A DNA stretch of 45,055 nt from positions 1 through 45,055 of the IMG/VR virus record IMGVR_UViG_3300037515_000328; one strand, written 5' to 3'. Each line of letters starts with the position of its first letter. Within the stretch, counting starts at the first letter, position 1. Source of the stretch: a virus (taxonomy: Duplodnaviria > Caudoviricetes). Shown piece by piece: positions 17,176 to 25,839 of this stretch. Under the pieces are notes generated by a model, which saw only the letters and a program-made list of their open reading frames with translations, made no database searches and had not been told where the DNA came from. The translations under genes and the position numbers were made by a program.

Positions 17176-17178
17176 GGT

Positions 17179-17472
17179 TTAAAATTTTTCGATGAATGAT
17201 TTTGGTAGATAGTATTCTTTGAACCTGCTACCGTCCATATACCTTGAAATAACGGGGATGTTGTGAAGGTCTCGGAGATCTTTACAGCGCCTACGTAAAT
17301 CCCCTATCCCTAATGACATAGCGGTCATGGTTGTAAGTTTTCTTCCGGTCAACATCTGTTCAAGTACTATACGGCATTGGTTGTTGTAGTGGGAAAGATC
17401 CTTTTTGTAGCGTTCAAAGCTTTCTGGGTTGTTCTCCAAGTGGAATTTCGAATTGTCTATCTGTGTTTTCAT
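17179..17472 (-). CDS. Winged HTH protein (HTH_39-like)
   Basis: RIVLEQMLTGRKLTTMTAMSLGIGDLRRRCKDLR...RFKEYYL. Confidence 0.65.
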   Translation of the reverse strand: MKTQIDNSKFHLENNPESFERYKKDLSHYNNQCRIVLEQMLTGRKLTTMTAMSLGIGDLRRRCKDLRDLHNIPVISRYMDGSRFKEYYLPKSFIEKF

Positions 17473-17855
17473 GTTTCCAATTTTTTGGTTCGTTCCAAAA
17501 GTTCGTTTAAAATATACTCCTTCTCAAAAGGGTGAAGCTTTGAAATTGAATTGGCCTTTACCCGAAGCCTCATTATAAAATCACTTCCCTTGTATCTTTC
17601 TAGCCAATCCGAAAATTCAAAAGGCGTCTTGTGTGCAGAGAAGTCGCTCCTGAAGGTGTGGTGCCCAACGCAAAGGCATATACCGTTATCAACGTTCCAC
17701 CTGGTGGATTTATTCGACCTTGAATATATGTGGTGGGAATTAAGGTTTGACGTCTTTCCGCAATACTCACATTTCATCCCTGCCAATAGTTTTACAAGTT
17801 TGGACCAAGCGTCATCAAGTCGTTTATCGATACCCGTTTTTTGCTTAATCTTCAT
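17469..17855 (-). CDS. HNH/NinG-like nuclease
   Basis: CEYCG...NSHHIYSR...TRWNVDNGICLCVGHH. Confidence 0.8.
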   Translation of the reverse strand: MKIKQKTGIDKRLDDAWSKLVKLLAGMKCEYCGKTSNLNSHHIYSRSNKSTRWNVDNGICLCVGHHTFRSDFSAHKTPFEFSDWLERYKGSDFIMRLRVKANSISKLHPFEKEYILNELLERTKKLET

Positions 17856-17906
17856 TGGGTTCGATTATCTCAAATTCTACCTCTATTTCTTTTATGTTTT
17901 TCATGG

Positions 17907-20015
17907 CTATTTGTGATAGAATGCTTGAAATCTTACAATGTCCATATATTCAGGCGATTTTATAAGTCCGTCACCCATTCCTGAAAGCGATTCAGCTCCC
18001 GACTCATCTATAACGACCCTAGAGTCTGTTTCTTTAGGAACCCTGAAACATATTTGTACCGGGAAATTAACTTTTGCATCGCCTGTGATTACTTTTACTG
18101 ACGCCCTTTGGGTTGCTGCTATTACCCTAAACCCTGTTGACCGCCCCTTTTGAAGCAACACCCGCATGTTTTCCTCCAAAGACTTTAAATCTGCGATTTT
18201 AACACGTTGTGTTTTTGCTTGCGGAGACATACCCATTAACATGGCTTCTTTTGATAGTCTATAACTACCCACCTCTTGTACTTCAAAGACCTCTAATTCT
18301 TTTCCTTTTCTTGATGCGGACACGGCGTCTGCAAATTCATCGAACACAACCATTATTTTTTCCTTTCTGCCGTTCTTTACAAGTTCGTTCATGTATTCGA
18401 CAAGGTTCGCCATTTCTTCTTCTATCTCAATTATCTCATTAAATACCTGTACGCTTGAATCTTTTTGGTATGAAAGGAACTCATATTTTGGATCAAAAAT
18501 AACCACCCTGTCCACCTTTGCCAATTTAGCGTATTCAATGGTTGATTTTATCGAAACCGACTTACCGGACCCAGTTGCGCCGCAAACAAGTACGTGTGGG
18601 GTAGAATGGTTTTCAAGGTCCCAAAAAATAGTGTTGTCATAATTATCCTTTCCGATGGGAATTTTCATTCCAATCAATTCATCTTTATCCCAAACCAAAT
18701 CCTTTTCACGTTTTTTGGAAAACTCTATGGCGAGGTATGATTTTCCATCATGTATGGTCAAGTCCTTTGATACACGAATGTTTGAAACGTTCAATGCGTT
18801 TGCAAGGTCCAGCCTATAATTATGGATAGACGCTATTTTGGTGCCTGCCGAAACCTCCAGGAGATATGAATTACTGGAGTACCCACTGAATACATGTGCC
18901 ACCCTAACTATTATGCCGAACGTCCTTAGTACGTGCTCTATTTTTTCTTCTTTTGTCATGTCTTTGTTGCTTAGGTCGTATTGGATGAAATTGGATGCGT
19001 TCTGTTTGAATTTCTTTATAACTGTTGGGTTTACGGTTGTGATAGAAGCGTCCCTTATCTTTTTTAGACGCTTTGAAACAAGCTCCTTTTTTGATTCGTG
19101 TACATTGAAGTCCTCGACCTCCGAAATCATTGTCTTGGCCCAAAAATCATATATTTCAGCTCTATCTACGTAGTTATCGGAATCGTTTATAAGATAAACG
19201 TAATCAGGGTCATTTACCGCTTGTATCATCTTTCTAAGCGGCTCGTACAACAAAGCTTCATAAAGCCTTCTCACATCGTCCGTTAACTCTATTTTAAAGC
19301 AGTTTAGTTGTGGAGATTTATCCCTGTTGTTGGAATATTTATTCTCGACAAACCAAACTTCGTCAACAACTATACCTGTTTTTGCTTCATAAAGTTTTAC
19401 GTATGTGATTGCTTGAACACCTATTGAAAGGGCAAGCTCTTCTTCTGAAGAAAAATAACCCTTTGATTTGTGGTCAACTATAACTATTTTACCGTCCACA
19501 GTTTCGATGACCAGATCAATAATTCCGCTACATGGCAATGGAATGTCCACGCCGTTTATTGTGAGGAACTCAAAAGCTTTTACCTCAACGTCCAAAACCC
19601 TTTTTAAGCTGCTTTCGTATGTTGAAATCTCATAAAAGAAATTTCGTATTAGGTTAATTGATGTTGAGGTGGCTTTTTTAATGCATTCCTCTATCGTTGG
19701 AACGGTTTTTTGTATTTTCCATGAATCTGCGGATACATTTTCAATGTAGTCTATGGCCAACTTTTCAAGATCCACAATGTCTAATGTTTTACCCTCTTTT
19801 TTTGCATTAAAATAACCTTCCAATGCGAAATGGTATGCGTTACCGGATATTGCGGTGGCCGCTTTTTTATACCCATAACCATATATATAACTCATTTCAA
19901 AGGCCTTCTCGTTTCTTGCGAACTGCGTCACCTTAGAATAGCTCCACCTGTCAATTAAGAACTGGCTAAAATGTTCCTCAAGTTCTAATTCAGAATAGTC
20001 TTTGTATACACTCAT
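17907..20015 (-). CDS. PD-(D/E)XK nuclease-FtsK/SpoIIIE motor fusion
   Basis: N-terminal WSYS...GNAYH...GIIDLV...IVDHKS...QAITY; FtsK alpha-like region; PHVLVCGATGSGKS, FDEFAD, KGRSTG..VIAATQR, GAESLSGMGDGL. Confidence 0.85.
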   Translation of the reverse strand: MSVYKDYSELELEEHFSQFLIDRWSYSKVTQFARNEKAFEMSYIYGYGYKKAATAISGNAYHFALEGYFNAKKEGKTLDIVDLEKLAIDYIENVSADSWKIQKTVPTIEECIKKATSTSINLIRNFFYEISTYESSLKRVLDVEVKAFEFLTINGVDIPLPCSGIIDLVIETVDGKIVIVDHKSKGYFSSEEELALSIGVQAITYVKLYEAKTGIVVDEVWFVENKYSNNRDKSPQLNCFKIELTDDVRRLYEALLYEPLRKMIQAVNDPDYVYLINDSDNYVDRAEIYDFWAKTMISEVEDFNVHESKKELVSKRLKKIRDASITTVNPTVIKKFKQNASNFIQYDLSNKDMTKEEKIEHVLRTFGIIVRVAHVFSGYSSNSYLLEVSAGTKIASIHNYRLDLANALNVSNIRVSKDLTIHDGKSYLAIEFSKKREKDLVWDKDELIGMKIPIGKDNYDNTIFWDLENHSTPHVLVCGATGSGKSVSIKSTIEYAKLAKVDRVVIFDPKYEFLSYQKDSSVQVFNEIIEIEEEMANLVEYMNELVKNGRKEKIMVVFDEFADAVSASRKGKELEVFEVQEVGSYRLSKEAMLMGMSPQAKTQRVKIADLKSLEENMRVLLQKGRSTGFRVIAATQRASVKVITGDAKVNFPVQICFRVPKETDSRVVIDESGAESLSGMGDGLIKSPEYMDIVRFQAFYHK

Positions 20016-20857
20016 GGCATTTCGTTTTTGTTAAAAAGACCATCTTTAGTGTCTTCTTGTTTGTTTTTTAGGACCGTTTTTTTGGTATCTGCCTTTTTTT
20101 CGTTTGTGTTCCTAAAAGATTCCTCTACGGTGGTATCCCCATCCTTTATAGCCTGTCCAATACCTATGATTACAACCAGATCATCGGACGTTACATGTGT
20201 TATTGATGCCTTTCCTACGCTGGTCAAGATTTCTTTTTCAGTAACTTGATATGTGTCCTTTAGCTTATCGAAAACCTCTTTTCTTCTTGTGATCAATTTG
20301 GTTTCGTCCGAAACATCACCTGTTATTTTTTTACAGGCTTCGGAATATACCCTGTCTATTACAGACTTTGGGACCACGGCGTAAATGGCGTTTCGTAAGG
20401 CAATAGAGTTTCCAGCGTTTCCGGTAACAGTTATCATGTCGTCGCTCATTCTTCCGGTCCTTGTCATTATTGACCTTTTTACCTCTGTTTTTATAGCTAT
20501 GTTGTTTTCCAAATCCCAACATATGCCCTGTGAAGTAACGTGCTTGTTGTCGATGTTTATAACCCGGCTCTCTATCCGCATGTTCTTCCATTGCTGTGCA
20601 ATTATTTTGGCAAGGTGCACGGAAGGGCCTGTTATGGCTTTCCCCGCCCTTGGAACAGAATATGTACATGATGAAGCCGTTTTTCTGTCCATCGTAGCTA
20701 TGGCTATTGCGTTTTCGATAGACCTGGTTATGTTTCTTGGATACGCTTTTGCGCTTGATATCTGTATATCAATTTGCGCTTTGTCCTGTAGGTATAGCAC
20801 TTCGGTGCTAATTTCTTGGATGTTTTCCTCTACTGTAATTAAATTTTCTGCGCTCAT
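20012..20857 (-). CDS. Putative single-strand annealing/recombination protein
   Basis: AKAYPRN...YSVPRAGKAITGPSVHLAKIIAQQWKN family; adjacent to the nuclease as in exo/SSAP pairs. Confidence 0.5.
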   Translation of the reverse strand: MSAENLITVEENIQEISTEVLYLQDKAQIDIQISSAKAYPRNITRSIENAIAIATMDRKTASSCTYSVPRAGKAITGPSVHLAKIIAQQWKNMRIESRVINIDNKHVTSQGICWDLENNIAIKTEVKRSIMTRTGRMSDDMITVTGNAGNSIALRNAIYAVVPKSVIDRVYSEACKKITGDVSDETKLITRRKEVFDKLKDTYQVTEKEILTSVGKASITHVTSDDLVVIIGIGQAIKDGDTTVEESFRNTNEKKADTKKTVLKNKQEDTKDGLFNKNEMP

Positions 20858-20877
20858 AATTTTGGTTTTAAAAATGG

Positions 20878-21048
20878 TTAATCAAGTCTTGAAGTATCCA
20901 CTTGCCCAAGTACCATGCCTACCGAAAAGTCGGTAAACGATACTATGAAAAGTGCCATGCAGATAGCTGCAAGCATAAGGAAAATCTTTCCCGAATGTTT
21001 GCCCACGAAAGGGCTTAGGTTGTCATGTAAAGTTAACAATAAATTCAT
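20878..21048 (-). CDS. 56-aa membrane protein (below the ORF-track cutoff)
   Basis: MNLLLTLHDNLSPFVGKHSGKIFLMLAAICMALFIVSFTDFSVGMVLGQVDTSRLD; fills the gap between neighbours. Confidence 0.55.
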   Translation of the reverse strand: MNLLLTLHDNLSPFVGKHSGKIFLMLAAICMALFIVSFTDFSVGMVLGQVDTSRLD

Positions 21049-21068
21049 GGTTTCTAGTGTTTTAGGTG

Positions 21069-21257
21069 TTAAAATGTTAATGAATTGGTCCTGTCCTGTT
21101 CAAAGTTCACGGCCTTGATTATCTCGTTGAACACGAGCTGTCTTTCGCTCTGGTCCAATTGGCTTACAGGGGTATCGTAGTAAGACCATTTTCCGTTGAC
21201 AATTGCAACGGGAGGCTTAGGGGTCGGTTCTGGTTCTATTCCGAATAATTTTTCCAT
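21069..21257 (-). CDS. Hypothetical protein
   Basis: Operon packing. Confidence 0.55.
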   Translation of the reverse strand: MEKLFGIEPEPTPKPPVAIVNGKWSYYDTPVSQLDQSERQLVFNEIIKAVNFEQDRTNSLTF

Positions 21258-21264
21258 GGTGTTT

Positions 21265-21474
21265 TTATTTGTTGTTTCTAGCTACCTGTCTAGCTTTTTT
21301 AGACCGCCTATTTGCAGAACGCACCTTTAACTGTTTTTTGGTCAATGCAACTTTACAAGAGCTTCGCATGTCCTTTGTTTTAGGATTTGAACCTCCCATT
21401 CGCTCCATTCCCGATTCTGCGTTTAAGGCAGCTGCCATGGCGACCATTGCCAATATTCCTCCTTTTCTTCTCAT
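21265..21474 (-). CDS. Small basic protein
   Basis: K/R-rich C-terminus. Confidence 0.6.
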   Translation of the reverse strand: MRRKGGILAMVAMAAALNAESGMERMGGSNPKTKDMRSSCKVALTKKQLKVRSANRRSKKARQVARNNK

Positions 21475-21477
21475 GGC

Positions 21478-21711
21478 CTACAATTTTAAATTAGCTATTT
21501 TTTTGTTTTCCTCCCTTATGGCATTTTGTATAATGCCCAATATTACCTCCGCTTCCCCTTCCTTGTACTTAAGGTCGTAGAAGTATCGTTGTTTAGCTGC
21601 CTCTGGAACATTTGAAGCAAGCCCCGAATGTTCCGCTATGGCCTTCGTTATCGTTTTCTTTACCGATCTGGAACAGTGGTTGTCCCATAGGTCTTTTATG
21701 TTGTTTATCAT
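21478..21711 (-). CDS. Hypothetical protein
   Basis: ATGA overlap with the upstream gene. Confidence 0.6.
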   Translation of the reverse strand: MINNIKDLWDNHCSRSVKKTITKAIAEHSGLASNVPEAAKQRYFYDLKYKEGEAEVILGIIQNAIREENKKIANLKL

Positions 21712-22037
21712 GCTGTAGGATTATTTAGGCCCATGGCCGTTAGATCTTCATTATATCCCATCCCCGCAATGGATTCGTATATCGGGAACACTACCGCCCT
21801 AATGGCGTTCTTTTTCGTTTCACAGTTGGTCTCCGAGTACTCCACTAAAAAGTAGTGGCAGAACTCGTACAGGCCCTCTATATCAGTCAATAGGTTGTAA
21901 GCGGGCTGCATATATTCGTTTGCATACTTTCCAAGTCCTATCCAGTACATTGGCGGCATTTGGTTTATGAACACCAGTGCTTTTGTCTGTTGCTTTCTGC
22001 GTTTTTTTAGAATTTTGATTATGTTTTTCATGGTCAT
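21708..22037 (-). CDS. Hypothetical protein
   Basis: ATGA overlap with the upstream gene. Confidence 0.6.
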   Translation of the reverse strand: MTMKNIIKILKKRRKQQTKALVFINQMPPMYWIGLGKYANEYMQPAYNLLTDIEGLYEFCHYFLVEYSETNCETKKNAIRAVVFPIYESIAGMGYNEDLTAMGLNNPTA

Positions 22038-22465
22038 GGGTTTAAAGTTTGCAAATAAGCCTTACAAGCGTTGTAAACGGCCTGTATACGCCTAAATTCT
22101 TCCGTATCCCTTTGGGTTTCGTAGACTTCATCCGAAGCAAAGAACTCGTCCCATTCTGAAACACTATGTATTTTGCATCCAATTTTAATTTTATCATCAA
22201 CCACGGAGTGGTCCCATTTGCAAAAAATGGGAAGGTCTGCCCCTCCAAGGTCTGCCCCTCTAAGGTCTGCCCCTCCAAGGTCTGCCCCTCTAAGGTCTGC
22301 CCCTCCAAGGTATGCCCCTCCAAGGTCTGCCCCTCCAAGGTATGCCCCTCCAAGGTCTGCCCCTTCTTTAACAGCTTTGTGCAATGTTTCTTTGATTGTG
22401 TTAGATTCTTTTTCATATTCAAAAAGAATTTTGCCTAATACTGATTTAATTTGAATTTTGATCAT
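22034..22465 (-). CDS. Pentapeptide-repeat protein
   Basis: Nine GA(D/Y)L(G/R/P) repeats followed by IKIGCKIHSVSEW. Confidence 0.9.
   Translation of the reverse strand: MIKIQIKSVLGKILFEYEKESNTIKETLHKAVKEGADLGGAYLGGADLGGAYLGGADLRGADLGGADLRGADLGGADLPIFCKWDHSVVDDKIKIGCKIHSVSEWDEFFASDEVYETQRDTEEFRRIQAVYNACKAYLQTLNP
22232..22366. repeat. Nine tandem 15-bp repeats (consensus aaggtctgcccctcc) encoding the pentapeptides
   Basis: Directly visible. Confidence 0.95.
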
Positions 22466-22562
22466 AATTTTAATTTAATCGGTTAATGTTTCATTGTCTT
22501 TAAAATCCTTCGCCGCCACGAACGGCATTTCGATTTCTTGGTAAAATTCTTCCTCTTCCATT

Positions 22563-22892
22563 TTAGTAGTCGTCTGAATAAAGTCCGTACCTTTCTTGCA
22601 TCCCCGGTTCTGGAAGTTCCCTGGTCTCTGTAATTTCCTCCACCTTGTTTAAAATTGCGTTCTGCATTTTCAATCGCTGCCCTTCGGTGGTTTCCATTTG
22701 AACCCATTTCCCCACGGACATCCGTCCGAAGTCCTCAACTACCAAATGGTGTCCATTCTTCATTTCCCCGTGGAAGTTCATCGAGTAGCTTCCGTGACAG
22801 GATTCAAATCCAACCGTATCCAGTTCGTCTCCACTGGTGCATTTTAGGCTTTCCATCAGTTTGATGAAAATGTCGTTGCTTAGGTTTTTCAT
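22563..22892 (-). CDS. Hypothetical protein (first gene of the leftward early operon)
   Basis: Likely start MKNLSND at 22892, just after a promoter. Confidence 0.65.
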   Translation of the reverse strand: MKNLSNDIFIKLMESLKCTSGDELDTVGFESCHGSYSMNFHGEMKNGHHLVVEDFGRMSVGKWVQMETTEGQRLKMQNAILNKVEEITETRELPEPGMQERYGLYSDDY

Positions 22893-22919
22893 GATTATAT
22901 GTTTTGATTTTTGATTATT

Positions 22920-22950
22920 CAAAACTAACCATAAATATTCGTTCCACCAA
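22920..22950 (-). promoter_or_regulatory. Leftward early promoter
   Basis: TTG-N20-TAGTTTTG on the minus strand. Confidence 0.65.
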
Positions 22951-22991
22951 ATAAAAATGAAATTATTTTTTCAAGGATATTTGTTTTTTTG

Positions 22992-23023
22992 TTTGGATAA
23001 TATATAGGATGTTTGTATATTTG
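22992..23023 (+). promoter_or_regulatory. Rightward promoter (divergent pair)
   Basis: TTTG-N20-TATATTTG. Confidence 0.7.
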
Positions 23024-23045
23024 GGGAAACTAAATAATTAAGGTT

Positions 23046-23501
23046 ATGAGTAGAGAAATAAAATTTAGAGCATGGGACGGTAAAAAAATGTGGTATGATG
23101 GGGATATATATCAGAATGGAAATGACTATAGTAGGTCGTATCCGTGCCAAGTTACAAACCGGGGAATTGAGTACATAAAAACTTACGAAACCAAATACAA
23201 GGAAACAATCCGAGATGAGCAAGGGCGGGAAGGATATCAGGCTTGGGATTTAGAAAAAACAAACTCCAAAGTAGAAATAATGCAATACACTGGCCTAAAG
23301 GACAAGAACGGAAACGAAATATACGAGGGCGATATTTGTAAATTTATCGACCATCCTACTGATGTTGATACATGTATTTCGTGTGTTAAGTTTTCAGAAG
23401 GTAATTTTATAGATGGATATATGGGGTGGCCTATAAATAATTATGGATCAGATTGGATTGAAATACTCGGCAACATCCACCAAAACCCCGAACTACCATG
23501 A
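23046..23501 (+). CDS. YopX family protein
   Basis: REIKFRAWD...MQYTGLKDKNGNEIYEGDI...EILGNIHQNPEL. Confidence 0.95.
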   Translation: MSREIKFRAWDGKKMWYDGDIYQNGNDYSRSYPCQVTNRGIEYIKTYETKYKETIRDEQGREGYQAWDLEKTNSKVEIMQYTGLKDKNGNEIYEGDICKFIDHPTDVDTCISCVKFSEGNFIDGYMGWPINNYGSDWIEILGNIHQNPELP

Positions 23502-23659
23502 CTGACCCCAAAGACCTAATAAACTGGGTAGCACTTTCCAAGCACTTAACGGGAAGGTCCAGTAATATATCAAGGACAAGGATACCAAAAAAGTATAGGG
23601 ACAAGGTATCGAATTTGATTATGTCCATTGAGATATGGGACAAACATTTAAAGAAATGA
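23498..23659 (+). CDS. 53-aa putative HTH-like protein (below the ORF-track cutoff)
   Basis: MTDPKDLINWVALSKHLTGRSSNISRTRIPKKYRDKVSNLIMSIEIWDKHLKK; ATGA overlaps at both ends. Confidence 0.65.
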   Translation: MTDPKDLINWVALSKHLTGRSSNISRTRIPKKYRDKVSNLIMSIEIWDKHLKK

Positions 23660-23892
23660 AAATAAATAAAACACACTTCGCATTACGATTGATAACCTTT
23701 CCTATAAAATTGGTGTTCACGCTTTTATGGCACCTACTTATAGGGGTCCTGTATTCAGTAAAATGGCTAAAGCACGGAGGACAGGAACTTTATTACAGCA
23801 ACGAGCACGGGGGTAATCTTGTCAAGTTAATAGAGAGCAACGAAAAACTAATTGATGCGTTAGGATATAAGGACGATGATTCTGAAGACTAA
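23656..23892 (+). CDS. Small membrane protein
   Basis: Likely start MKINK via ATGA overlap; hydrophobic helix. Confidence 0.6.
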   Translation: MKINKTHFALRLITFPIKLVFTLLWHLLIGVLYSVKWLKHGGQELYYSNEHGGNLVKLIESNEKLIDALGYKDDDSED

Positions 23893-23931
23893 CACCCCGT
23901 CCGCCTCCTATACACCAGAGAAGCAATAAAC

Positions 23932-24411
23932 CTATCCAACTGGATTTTTGGACCTAAGCCACCAAGCCAATGCAAAGAACAGTTGTCCAGGTATAAGTAT
24001 TATGGAAGCCCATTTACCGACCTCCCTTATCATTTCTATATTGGCCTTTTTTTCTATTTGTTTTGTCTTAATGTCGTATTCCCCTTTTATGTCCAATTGT
24101 TTTGTCTCTTCGGAATCGGGGCAATTAAATACTTGCCCCTGTAATTCTCCTTTAGGACCGTAACTACTGGTAACCGTTGCCCCTTTATCCCCTTTGACAA
24201 CGATTATCGTGTCTCTTGGGTTGGGCACCCTTGGAGCGGGCAATATGATCACATCTCCGGGCGTCCTTGTCGTTATAAGGGAATTGTCCACGAAACGTAT
24301 TCGTTCGGTAGACTTGTTCACCTTTCGGTCCTTTAGGATTCCACATGATGACATGAACAGTATAAGCGCCATTAGAACAGCTAACAGGAAATAGGAAAGT
24401 GATTTTTTCAT
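23932..24411 (-). CDS. Putative unimolecular spanin (u-spanin)
   Basis: Lipoprotein signal ...FMSS-CG plus C-terminal TM helix WASIILIPGQLFFALAWWL; directly after the endolysin. Confidence 0.7.
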   Translation of the reverse strand: MKKSLSYFLLAVLMALILFMSSCGILKDRKVNKSTERIRFVDNSLITTRTPGDVIILPAPRVPNPRDTIIVVKGDKGATVTSSYGPKGELQGQVFNCPDSEETKQLDIKGEYDIKTKQIEKKANIEMIREVGKWASIILIPGQLFFALAWWLRSKNPVG

Positions 24412-25055
24412 ACACCCAACATTTTAGCATAATATCTTGTCATGCGGATTCTCTCGTCCAATCCACGAAGACCGCCCTGTATCCCCCTGGTCAGGTCCGA
24501 CATTGATTTAAAGGTCATTTTCTCTGACAATCCCCAAAGCTTGTTCTTTTCAAAGTACCACATTGCGGATTCCCAATATAGCTCTGTAGATGCAATTTCT
24601 GGATTTTCTAGGACACCGTATCCGATCCAGTTGTTAAAACCCCTATAGTTGTATTTACCCGTGATCATTATGGCCCCACGGCCCCTATACTTCCATCCGT
24701 CACCCCATAGTTTATTCCCCAACAGATATCCTGAGGAACGGTTAACGTCCCAATATACCTTGTTGGCGATCGTTTCTTGGTCGGCTTTGTGGAGCAGTGT
24801 GCGCCCATCTTTCCACGCTTCCATTTTGTGGCTACGGTAATATGAGAAAGTAGAGATAAGTCCTGTCGCTGAATAGTTAAGGCTTTCTGTGTCGTGTTTG
24901 AACCCTCCCGTCTCATGGTGAAGCTGTCCCATGAAATTGGCTATCTGCACATCGGAAACGCCTATCTTTGATTGCATGGCCCTTAATGTTATAGGTCCGA
25001 TAATGCCATCCGACACCAGTCCATATTCTTGTTGGAACTCCTTTATTTTTTTCAT
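24408..25055 (-). CDS. Endolysin: PG-binding domain plus glycoside hydrolase family 19
   Basis: FQQEYGLVSDGIIGPIT; FMGQLHHETGGF; DGWKYRGRGAIMITGKYNY; likely start MKKIKEFQ at 25055. Confidence 0.9.
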   Translation of the reverse strand: MKKIKEFQQEYGLVSDGIIGPITLRAMQSKIGVSDVQIANFMGQLHHETGGFKHDTESLNYSATGLISTFSYYRSHKMEAWKDGRTLLHKADQETIANKVYWDVNRSSGYLLGNKLWGDGWKYRGRGAIMITGKYNYRGFNNWIGYGVLENPEIASTELYWESAMWYFEKNKLWGLSEKMTFKSMSDLTRGIQGGLRGLDERIRMTRYYAKMLGV

Positions 25056-25096
25056 AGGTTCTCGAGCTCGATTATTAACGAAACAAAAGCGTACAG

Positions 25097-25183
25097 TCAC
25101 CAAAAGATGGCGTGACAGGCGGCACCTACCACAAACCAGATCAAAGCCTTAAGTATTTCGGGAAGTTCTCTATATTTTTTCAT
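25097..25183 (-). CDS. 28-aa single-TM peptide in the lysis cassette
   Basis: MKKYRELPEILKALIWFVVGAACHAIFW; ATGA overlap with the holin stop. Confidence 0.4.
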   Translation of the reverse strand: MKKYRELPEILKALIWFVVGAACHAIFW

Positions 25184-25518
25184 TTTTTCCGTATAAAGTG
25201 TTCTATAATGTCCAGTATTGCATTTCCTATCCGTTCAAAATTGAACTGAAAAACTAGCCAGTAACCAACTTTTTCGCCCGTTATTGCCACTGCTGCGATA
25301 ACGGCACTTGCCCAGGTCGGGCTGAACTCGGCATGTATGATTGGACCAAGTATAACCGCAAACCCCAAGCCTATCACTATCGAGGTCAGTGCCTCCGTTA
25401 TGTTTATCTTCGTTTTTTTCATCTTTACTGCCAATCCGACACTAACGGCCACCAGTGCCGGGATTATTGTTTTCGTGAAAATTTGCAAGATTTCGTCTGA
25501 CGGTCTTTGCATGTCCAA
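25180..25518 (-). CDS. Putative holin
   Basis: About three TM segments, basic C-terminus, upstream of the endolysin. Confidence 0.65.
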   Translation of the reverse strand: MDMQRPSDEILQIFTKTIIPALVAVSVGLAVKMKKTKINITEALTSIVIGLGFAVILGPIIHAEFSPTWASAVIAAVAITGEKVGYWLVFQFNFERIGNAILDIIEHFIRKK

Positions 25519-25834
25519 TTTTTATTAAGAATACTATTAATGCCGTTCCTATCAACCAATAGTCGGACCCTACAAAGGTAGTTATATCAAAAATGGTCCT
25601 GTCCACTATGTTGCCGAAACAAAGTATTCCAAATGCCGTTAGGGACGCATTGGAAAAGTTGTTCTTTGGAAGAAAATTAAGGATCACAAGCAAAAAAACA
25701 ACTACCCCGCTCAATAGATCCCTTAATTTTCGCCACTCTGTTATATCGTCCAAGTAGAATTGTTCACATATCCAATACCCCGTGCTGTACAGCAACACAC
25801 TAAATATACTTAAAATTCCTACAATGTACCGCAT
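25442..25834 (-). CDS. Multi-TM membrane protein (lysis-associated)
   Basis: About four hydrophobic helices. Confidence 0.6.
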   Translation of the reverse strand: MRYIVGILSIFSVLLYSTGYWICEQFYLDDITEWRKLRDLLSGVVVFLLVILNFLPKNNFSNASLTAFGILCFGNIVDRTIFDITTFVGSDYWLIGTALIVFLIKIGHAKTVRRNLANFHENNNPGTGGR

Positions 25835-25839
25835 ATATC

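Noticed and set aside
17907-18700. FtsK domain as a sign of a conjugative element or as the packaging ATPase
   Set aside because: No relaxase or T4SS genes are present and a canonical terminase exists; the domain is fused to a nuclease within the recombination module
22232-22366. Tandem repeats as a CRISPR array, and the repetitive ORFs in other frames (22042..22422, 22166..22438, 22173..22454)
   Set aside because: There are no spacers; the 15-bp unit encodes the pentapeptide repeat and the other frames are its shadows
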